DNA of 64,000 nucleotides from Trypanosoma brucei (Eukaryota): NCBI GenBank assembly GCA_000002445.1, contig CP000068.1, positions 192,001 to 256,000 of the forward strand, read 5' to 3'. Shown piece by piece: positions 56,855 to 64,000 of this stretch (position 1 is its first letter; each line of letters starts with the position of its first letter). The notes under the pieces were generated by a model. It saw only the letters and a program-made list of their open reading frames with translations, ran no database searches and was not told where the DNA came from. The position numbers and the translations under genes were made by a program.

Positions 56855-59752
56855 ATGGACAGCGTAGGGGATAAGGAGGCTCAGCATCACAGCCCACAGC
56901 GAAGGGCAACAGGGCTTCCACCCCTGAGATCACCTCGTGCAGAATGTGGAGGGGCTCCGTCAGGACCTTTTTCTTCCATTGGTGTTGACCCCGTTACTCG
57001 TTTCGTGAATTTTCTGTGGATTTGCCATAGGGATATCGAAATTCCACTTGAGACATCCCTACAGCGGAGCGTAGAGTTGGCTCAGTTTGTGGAGTCGAAC
57101 AGATGCTCTTGTTTTCTTCCCCGGCAGCAACAATGTATACGATGGGCCATTTGGGAGTCCCTGTACGGCGGCGTCGAACGCGCAAGGAGCTTAGCGGAGG
57201 TGAAAAATTATATAGAAAGTTACTGCTGTGGCCCCCTGAGGAGGCCCTTGCGTCCCCATTTCGGCGCTACGGCATTTAGGGGAAACGATTCGGGAGGTGG
57301 AGTTTCTACATCACCATGCAGAGGGGCTACAGATGTGCGGTGTAAGTTGGTTGCGGACAATAGAGCTTGGGGTGAATTAAACGTAACCGAAGAAAACTCT
57401 TTACTTGCTTTGCTTCGAGCCAATGGGCGGTACCATGCGCCGCTCCCTCGTCATGCTAGTCATTGCCCACGCAAAAAAAGTGGCAAGGGCTTCAACCATC
57501 GACTGCCGCTGTTGCAGCTTGTCCGTGCTATCCAGAGTGGCCGGTTCCATTCGGATCAGCGAGAAGGAGAGGATGGTGGAACGGGGTTTTCACACTTTCT
57601 CGAGTTATCGACGAGCGCCTTCAGGGGCGGTTCTCAGAGCACTGAAGTTGATGGCGTTGGTGCTGATGATCCTCCAGCATCTGAAAACTCATTCGCCACA
57701 CTCAGTGATGTCGAACTGCTCACCACCAACTGCCCTGTTTGTAGTGCGGAGGGGCTTCTGCAGGGCTGCTGGCTTAGTGTTTGTTTGCTGCAACTTGTTA
57801 ACATGCTAGCGTCGGCTCACCTATGTGCTGCGCCACTGATTCTGCCGCATGACGTTGTGTCTCTGAAACCGAGGGAGGCTATTGCAGTCGCTTACCACAT
57901 AGCACAGCATCAATTGCATCTCGCCGTGGGCTTGTTTTACTCTATTGTGGAATTACCAAGTACTTCCAAATCCTCGACGAGGAAAAGCGATGGGGGCTGC
58001 TTTCCGGGGTCCGCTTCTTCAGGCGAGAGGGAGCATCACGATAGAGCAAATGGTACCATAGGTGAACTAGCTCACCATAGTTTGGTTGTTTGTGTTCATG
58101 TTCTGTCGTCGCTGAGGGTTTTAGAGCGGAGGAATGTCTACGCCGTGTTGCTTCATGCCTCTGTGTTGGCTTTCTGCGACCGACGCGGTACTACCAAAGC
58201 AAATCAGCTGCTTCGGGGTTTCATCGGTTCCATTGTGAACATGTCGGAAGATTTGCGGGGGTCCGGAAAAATATGTCTGCCTCCTGGTGGTGATATTTAC
58301 GATGCGTGGATGGCAGTTGAGCCCTTACTCTACAAAGAAAAAAGCGTTGAGGATGAACAAGAGAGCGATTTGTTGGTGCTTGAACAGATAACGACGGGAC
58401 TACTCTTCTCTGTTTTCCTCGAATTATTAGAGATGAAGGATCTACCTGCACCGTCAGAGAAGCATCAGCGTCCACCTAATATTTACAGTACTGCCGTCAT
58501 ATCCTGTCTTCGCGCACGAGACGTACTTGACAAGTACGCGTGCCCGCGGCTCCGCAAGCTCTGCGACGCCGCTGACGGTTCAATAAGTTCACGGGGGCGG
58601 CAGTCCTTCTCTTTATATTGGCTGCTACAAGGGATGCTGTTCCACAATCTCAATGCCCTTTCACTTCTGCCATCTGTGAGCACACCATTTCACAGCTACC
58701 AGGGCGAAATCCCCATTCAGTGCATGCAGGCGGCAGCGCGTGAAAGTGATGCTGCACGAGAGTTCACTGAATACCCACTGGCGCCTCAATGGATGGAGAT
58801 TCTCAACGATTGTGAGGTGGTGAAGGCTGCGAAGCCGTGTGTAGACGCTGATGAGACCCATACCTGGCCTTGTGAGTGGCGGTTGCCTGTGAGCGTAGAC
58901 ACCAGTAAGCCCAGTTTTACTTGTGGATCACTTCCGCCAGAACAATGTGTAACGGAGGTGGCACTACTTCCTCCACCAGTGATGAACGTGTGGTTCGACT
59001 TCGCTCGCGCATTGTTCCGCAATACCCCTGCTGATTTAGTGTCGGCACACACGGGTGATGACGAGACAGAGTTGCGCCATCCGCACGGTGCTCCCACTGC
59101 CTTTCCACCGGATGCTGCAGTTGCTTCACCCCCTTCCATTAACGCGCTCAGTTCTAAGGTTGGGAAGGTGCCTCTGGGGCGACAGAGAGATTTGGATGAG
59201 AAGGCGGCTGCAGCGAAATTGGAGAAAACCCGGCTTCACGCCGCTCAATCAGAGATCGGATTCTGGTCCTACTGGTGCGAGGTATTCGCGTCCCATCAGT
59301 TACTGAGTCTGGTGAGTGACCGGCCTTCGCTGCTGGACCGCTATCGACAGCTGCTGTCTCCCTTCACTGGTGTCGTGGGATGTGACAACTGCAATAAAAC
59401 CCCCTTTATGCGGGCCCTTCAGGAGTGCTATCCGCTGATTCCTAGTCAGGGCGGTTCCCACTCTGTGGCTCAATACCCTTTTGTGTTACCGTCAGACGGG
59501 CAGCAGGGTGTGCAAAGATCTGTGGCGCAATTGCTGCAGGAACGGGAGCTCTCTCTAGCCGCGATTGATTGCAGACTGCGGACCGCTGTGGACCAATACG
59601 AGCGTCAATGCACAAGACCAGCTCCTGGATTGCGCGTGGGACCTGGAGGGCGCGGCATCAAGGGGGGAGGCTCAAGTGGGCCGGTTACTGCTGGACCGCC
59701 ATTACATTTGCGGTTGAGGGGTCCCAACCGTGCGGGGGTGAGACCGAACTGA
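56855..59752 (+). CDS. Hypothetical protein, 965 aa
   Basis: A long uninterrupted ORF on the cluster strand. Antisense ORFs within it are short. I recognise no motif. The C-terminus is Gly/Arg-rich (GPGGRGIKGGGSSGP). Confidence 0.65.
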   Translation: MDSVGDKEAQHHSPQRRATGLPPLRSPRAECGGAPSGPFSSIGVDPVTRFVNFLWICHRDIEIPLETSLQRSVELAQFVESNRCSCFLPRQQQCIRWAIWESLYGGVERARSLAEVKNYIESYCCGPLRRPLRPHFGATAFRGNDSGGGVSTSPCRGATDVRCKLVADNRAWGELNVTEENSLLALLRANGRYHAPLPRHASHCPRKKSGKGFNHRLPLLQLVRAIQSGRFHSDQREGEDGGTGFSHFLELSTSAFRGGSQSTEVDGVGADDPPASENSFATLSDVELLTTNCPVCSAEGLLQGCWLSVCLLQLVNMLASAHLCAAPLILPHDVVSLKPREAIAVAYHIAQHQLHLAVGLFYSIVELPSTSKSSTRKSDGGCFPGSASSGEREHHDRANGTIGELAHHSLVVCVHVLSSLRVLERRNVYAVLLHASVLAFCDRRGTTKANQLLRGFIGSIVNMSEDLRGSGKICLPPGGDIYDAWMAVEPLLYKEKSVEDEQESDLLVLEQITTGLLFSVFLELLEMKDLPAPSEKHQRPPNIYSTAVISCLRARDVLDKYACPRLRKLCDAADGSISSRGRQSFSLYWLLQGMLFHNLNALSLLPSVSTPFHSYQGEIPIQCMQAAARESDAAREFTEYPLAPQWMEILNDCEVVKAAKPCVDADETHTWPCEWRLPVSVDTSKPSFTCGSLPPEQCVTEVALLPPPVMNVWFDFARALFRNTPADLVSAHTGDDETELRHPHGAPTAFPPDAAVASPPSINALSSKVGKVPLGRQRDLDEKAAAAKLEKTRLHAAQSEIGFWSYWCEVFASHQLLSLVSDRPSLLDRYRQLLSPFTGVVGCDNCNKTPFMRALQECYPLIPSQGGSHSVAQYPFVLPSDGQQGVQRSVAQLLQERELSLAAIDCRLRTAVDQYERQCTRPAPGLRVGPGGRGIKGGGSSGPVTAGPPLHLRLRGPNRAGVRPN

Positions 59753-60329
59753 AGCCGATTTGTGCACTTCTACGGGCGACCGCGCTCCGGAGGAAGTAAG
59801 GCAGCTGAGGGTCACACGTCGAGACGTGCGCGACGCTGTCAACTCCGTGAAAGGGACGAGGTAACTAACTGGGAAAAATGAAAGGACAGTTATGTGTGAA
59901 AGTGTGATATGCCCAGAATGAGGGTTTGTGTACAATTGTTCTTCTTTGCACTAGAAGGATGCTAGCCAACACCTGATAGCCTGTTTTATTGAGTTGTGTT
60001 TTTGTTCTTGAATGTGTGAGTAGCGGTATGATGTTATATGAAAGGTGGGGTCGCAGGGCGGTCGTGTCCAGTCCTTGCATCGATGGGCCCCCTACTTTGC
60101 TGTGGGTTGTGATCAGTGTGTTCGGCATCGTCGGTCTGTTTGGTTTTCCTTCCTTCTCATTGCCCTTTGTCTTTATTCGTTTTTGCGCTTCGAACAAGCG
60201 TGGTAAGTACAACTGAAAATAGGCGTAACGGTCCCTTAAAGTGAAAGGGTTGTTTTGCGCAACCACTTAGTGTCAGCTCACCGGATCAGTGAGCATATCC
60301 ATCATTGCAAAAGTATTGTTCGCTCCTCT

Positions 60330-61055
60330 ATGGCGTCTGTGTCTAGGCGCGACGAGTCGGGATGGCGTCGACGTTTGAGAGCCCTACGTGAAGAAATAGC
60401 GCGAGAAGGCAGCCCGGAGCGGGAACTCTCCATTAAGAAGCTTCGGAACAAAGCGGTAGATTTTCTCAAGGGGAGTGGGCCTGGCAGTGGAGACAGCGGT
60501 GACTTCTTTGACGACGCTGAAACGACGCTGCTTCGTGAGATCAGCGATGACTCCCGTTTGAATATGCCCGACAACGAAGTGCAACCTGCGCCGTGGACCC
60601 AAGATTCCGCGAGCAGAGTGATTTACCGCTACTCGCTACTTTCCAGTGGGCAAGACGGTGAGATGGCTTGTGCTAATGATCAGTCGCTGGGGCTGCAGGA
60701 GCTCTTGGGACAGCACGTGTCGAAGTGGGTCAAGAAGCCGGAAGCGCTGATGACCCCCACATCTACCCGTCAGGGATCGGCCTCTGCAACGTCGTCTGAT
60801 TCAGCTTTTGACTCAACGTCGCCAACCCCCACAGAATTATCTGATTCAGCAGTAGACCCGACAGCACCGAACTTCAAAGCGCCACGTGAATCAGCAGGAG
60901 ACTCCACAGCACCAACCTCTACCGACAAGGCATCCATGCCTCAGTTGCTCAACAGTGGTGAGAAGTGTCCAACGCAATCTGTGAATGATCATTCGGAGAG
61001 TAGTACTGAGAGCGAGGAGGAGCGGCATGAGGAGGGGCTTTTTGAGATTGATTGA
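60330..61055 (+). CDS. Hypothetical acidic Ser/Thr-rich protein, tandem paralogue 1 (242 aa from ATG 60330; the ORF is open to 60255)
   Basis: It shares a 155-codon identical block (VDFLKGSGPGSGDSGDFFDDAETTLLREISDD ... RESAGDSTAPT) with the downstream gene. It has a unique N-terminus (MASVSRRDESGWRRRLRALREE) and an acidic C-terminus (SESSTESEEERHEEGLFEID). Confidence 0.6.
   Translation: MASVSRRDESGWRRRLRALREEIAREGSPERELSIKKLRNKAVDFLKGSGPGSGDSGDFFDDAETTLLREISDDSRLNMPDNEVQPAPWTQDSASRVIYRYSLLSSGQDGEMACANDQSLGLQELLGQHVSKWVKKPEALMTPTSTRQGSASATSSDSAFDSTSPTPTELSDSAVDPTAPNFKAPRESAGDSTAPTSTDKASMPQLLNSGEKCPTQSVNDHSESSTESEEERHEEGLFEID
60453..60917 (+). repeat. Copy A of a perfect 465-bp direct duplication (the other copy is at 61582..62046)
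   Basis: Nucleotide-identical from gcggtagattttctcaagg to gcaccaacc in both places, with a constant offset of 1129 nt. Confidence 0.95.
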
Positions 61056-61452
61056 TGTGGATGCTTCAGGTGGATGATCTTTGAGTCGCTTGCATTCTTG
61101 AGATAACTGCTTTTTTAAACAATATACTTAATGAATTAAGTTCACATACATGTATTCTTGTGTGGAGGATCATAACTGGGGGTGGCTGTGGAGTTGTGTA
61201 TAGCCATATGAGTGCTCTGAGGAGATGCCACACGCACACCACAGTTCACAGACGAAATTGGTACACTATATATACCTCCCTTTGAATAATCTGCCACTCA
61301 GCTTCGACCACGATATCTTCCAGCAAGGTAAGACGTGGAGAAAAGGAACCATTTGTAAAGACAGAGTGGTACAAATTAGTGGTACTTCCCGTGTTAGGTG
61401 TCCTTGACCGTCCCCCCCTCGCCAAGTAGGAGTTTGATACAGCGCAGTCGTC

Positions 61453-62166
61453 TTGCTTTTTATGTTCAGTGCAGGAGCTAGTGAGGAAGCGTACCTCCAG
61501 CAGCTACGCGGCATCCGCCAAAAACTTCACCTGAAGAACAGTGAGGTGTGGGAGCAAACTGTGGATTCTTATTTGTGTGATGCGGTAGATTTTCTCAAGG
61601 GGAGTGGGCCTGGCAGTGGAGACAGCGGTGACTTCTTTGACGACGCTGAAACGACGCTGCTTCGTGAGATCAGCGATGACTCCCGTTTGAATATGCCCGA
61701 CAACGAAGTGCAACCTGCGCCGTGGACCCAAGATTCCGCGAGCAGAGTGATTTACCGCTACTCGCTACTTTCCAGTGGGCAAGACGGTGAGATGGCTTGT
61801 GCTAATGATCAGTCGCTGGGGCTGCAGGAGCTCTTGGGACAGCACGTGTCGAAGTGGGTCAAGAAGCCGGAAGCGCTGATGACCCCCACATCTACCCGTC
61901 AGGGATCGGCCTCTGCAACGTCGTCTGATTCAGCTTTTGACTCAACGTCGCCAACCCCCACAGAATTATCTGATTCAGCAGTAGACCCGACAGCACCGAA
62001 CTTCAAAGCGCCACGTGAATCAGCAGGAGACTCCACAGCACCAACCCCCGCACCGCTACCTCCCGCCGGCTCGGGTGTCCCCCTTCCCCCAACTACAGCC
62101 GGAAAGAGTCATCAAGATTGTTCGCGGCTGTCGCGGAAACGCTCTTACCAGTTTCTCAAATCGTAA
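61453..62166 (+). CDS. Hypothetical protein, tandem paralogue 2 (237 aa)
   Basis: It has the same central block as paralogue 1, a different N-terminus (MLFMFSAGASEEAYLQQLRGIRQKL) and a Pro-rich C-terminus (PAPLPPAGSGVPLPPTTAGKS). Confidence 0.6.
   Translation: MLFMFSAGASEEAYLQQLRGIRQKLHLKNSEVWEQTVDSYLCDAVDFLKGSGPGSGDSGDFFDDAETTLLREISDDSRLNMPDNEVQPAPWTQDSASRVIYRYSLLSSGQDGEMACANDQSLGLQELLGQHVSKWVKKPEALMTPTSTRQGSASATSSDSAFDSTSPTPTELSDSAVDPTAPNFKAPRESAGDSTAPTPAPLPPAGSGVPLPPTTAGKSHQDCSRLSRKRSYQFLKS
61582..62046 (+). repeat. Copy B of the perfect 465-bp direct duplication
   Basis: See copy A. Confidence 0.95.
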
Positions 62167-63166
62167 GAAACGTACAATATTGGCACCGTCTGGCCTCGAA
62201 CACGGGAATCACTGCCCGCACACTCATAAAACGGCAGAGTAGGGGATAATTTTTACGACACGCTCTCGTGGCTGCAGTTGGTATTCGTTGCTCGCCGTTA
62301 CCTTTCGTAGCGTGTGTTTGTGCGTGGCCTTCTTCCTTACTTTTTGGTGCATTTGTGGTTCCTGCCTGCATCCGTGTTGTTGCTGTTTCAGGTATGTTTA
62401 CTGCATTCGTTGGCCTTCATTTACCCACCAGTACGGTGACCTGCACATAAACCATACCCCCTGTTGCAACCGCGGCCCACACCCCAACAGCCGAGGTGTG
62501 GGTTTAAAGTAAGAGGACATGAGAGGTGATTACTTCGTCTACTCTTTCCAATCCCACTGTTACTGCGCTGTGGAAACATGTGTCCTGTACCTCGTTTGTG
62601 ATGTGTTCATGCAAGAGACGTTGGTACTTTCGCGTGGGCGCATCTTCTAGCGGCGGTGAAAAGCGGCAGCCTAAAGACACGATAGGCCGCAGAAAACTTT
62701 TTCTGACCTTACGACATGTTGTGAAGGCTATAGACACCGCAGCGTGTTCTTTGTGGTGTGCACGGACTTTTTGCGACGTGGCATTACGACTTATGCCCCG
62801 TTACTATGTCTGTGACATTGCCCCGTTCTTCCTTATTGCACTGGTCCCTTCGGGTATTTTGTGCTTCGGTAACGATGCACGATTCTGCAGTGCAGACTCG
62901 TGCTTAAGTACTGGCACAGTCATTGCAACCGTACAGCTCAATTGTCTCCCCGCAGTACTTTTCCTTGCTTTCTTTTTGTACATACGCTTAGGCAGTCAGA
63001 TACTGGCTGGAATAAAGGTGCGAGTGTGCTTCCTGGGGAGTTTCGGACTTCAACCGCAGGGCAGGTGGCGAGGACGAAGGGTGTGCGGGGCGCATCTTTT
63101 TTCGACTGCTACTCATTGTGCGTACATTGAGCACGCTGGTATAAATTTATTTATCTTTTCACAGGA

Positions 63167-63796
63167 ATGCCCTCCACCATCTGTCACCGCCGTACATCCC
63201 ACAAAGTTGCGGCCTTATTGTTCGCTCCGCGGCATCGTACACAACGAACGCAGAGTCAATTTGGTTCGACCACAGGCCCCACATCCGGTGCCAAAACGGA
63301 TTTCTCTGGCAAAGACGGTAGTAACAGTATTAATCTTAGTAGCGACACAGACGAAGCGAAAGGAAACGACTGGCATGGAGGCGGGGTGCCGCGCGAAAAC
63401 CGATCCTTCCATTTTGACCCCAATAAACTGCCTGACACAATTCCTGGCTTGGAACGCAGGGAGCTGGCGGCGCGGTTGGAAGAACAACAGCGGGAGCTGG
63501 CGCAGAAGTATCAGCAATCGGCGGCAGACGATCTGGCGAAAGCGATCGACCTGATGCGGCGGGCAATGCCACCGGAGGAATTCAAGCGTTTCCTACAAGA
63601 CGTAGAGAAAGCAGCGGCTGAAGGGTCAAAGGAGGCAGCAAGGATTAGCGCCATGTCTCCCGCGCAACTGTACAGGTATCAGCGCCGTCAGCGGCGCCGG
63701 CAGCGCGTCCAGCTCTTCGCAAAAACAGTGATGTTATTTGTGTCTGTCTTTGGATGCGTATTTTTTTTGTTCTTCTTTTTTTTCTTCTTTCATTAA
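63167..63796 (+). CDS. Hypothetical coiled-coil protein with a C-terminal tail anchor (209 aa)
   Basis: It has a charged helical segment (RRELAARLEEQQRELAQKYQQSAADDLAKAIDLMRRAMPPEEFKRFLQDVEKAAAEGSKEAARI), a basic stretch (YQRRQRRRQRVQ), and a single terminal hydrophobic helix (LFAKTVMLFVSVFGCVFFLFFFFFFF) at the extreme C-terminus. The last part of that helix is encoded by a poly-T run, so its end is uncertain. This ORF overlaps out of frame with the longer ORF 62526..63554, which has an unprotein-like Cys/Arg-rich composition, so I prefer this one. Confidence 0.45.
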   Translation: MPSTICHRRTSHKVAALLFAPRHRTQRTQSQFGSTTGPTSGAKTDFSGKDGSNSINLSSDTDEAKGNDWHGGGVPRENRSFHFDPNKLPDTIPGLERRELAARLEEQQRELAQKYQQSAADDLAKAIDLMRRAMPPEEFKRFLQDVEKAAAEGSKEAARISAMSPAQLYRYQRRQRRRQRVQLFAKTVMLFVSVFGCVFFLFFFFFFFH

Positions 63797-64000
63797 CGGT
63801 AGGAAACCATATACCCATGCATGACCGTTCTTCATTTTTTTATGATAAGGGAGGATGCGTTGGCGAGGGCTCTATAGTTCCTTTATTTTTTCATTTGGTA
63901 TGAGATAGAGGATCGTGGAGATGATTGGGCGCGTTCTGAGGCCCATTTTCTTTTTTTTTCAGTGCTTCGTCTCGCCGTTTTCCATATATGGCTTCCTCCG

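Noticed and set aside
62526..63554. 342-aa ORF overlapping the tail-anchored protein gene
   Set aside because: It has a Cys/Arg/Trp-rich composition without secondary-structure-like periodicity. The alternative frame encodes a plausible coiled-coil protein. I kept it only as a finding to be checked.
1..64000. Expectation of a prokaryotic defence or accessory system (operons, RBS-spaced gene starts, toxin-antitoxin, restriction-modification, etc.)
   Set aside because: The gene organisation is not operon-like: there are large intergenic polypyrimidine tracts and kinetoplastid-specific gene families. No prokaryotic-type system can be supported in this window.

Overview
This 64-kb window is eukaryotic, and it looks like nuclear DNA of an African trypanosome of the Trypanosoma brucei group. 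It is not prokaryotic: there are no operons or Shine-Dalgarno spacing. Long intronless ORFs sit in unidirectional clusters, intergenic regions are pyrimidine-rich, and the gene families present (ISG-like, trans-sialidase, GRESAG4-type receptor adenylate cyclase, VSG-like) are specific to these parasites.

Layout, left to right:
(1) About 11 kb at the left is gene-poor. It holds the remains of a degenerate non-LTR retroelement on the + strand, a 1.84-kb array of a nearly perfect 148-bp tandem repeat, and low-complexity T-, G- and A-rich DNA.
(2) Three tandem paralogues of an invariant-surface-glycoprotein (ISG65/64-like) type-I membrane protein lie on the - strand at 11.4-18.4 kb.
(3) An ~8.5-kb divergent strand-switch region (18.6-27 kb) has no convincing ORF. 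It carries microsatellites and a GC-rich island with a possible small structured RNA.
(4) A surface-protein island on the + strand contains a trans-sialidase (Asp boxes, FRVPS and VTVxNxxLYNR motifs), a receptor-type adenylate cyclase (GRESAG4/ESAG4 family) and a VSG-related gene.
(5) A 6.6-kb ORF-poor stretch holds a second degenerate ingi/DIRE-like retroelement on the - strand.
(6) A run of + strand genes follows: a 962-aa, a 535-aa and a 152-aa hypothetical, an F-box protein, a 965-aa hypothetical, a tandem gene pair sharing a perfect 465-bp duplication, and a tail-anchored coiled-coil protein.

The ORF track also lists many short ORFs inside the repeats and antisense to the large CDSs; I treat these as artefacts. 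Family names rest on motifs read directly from the translations. I ran no database search.
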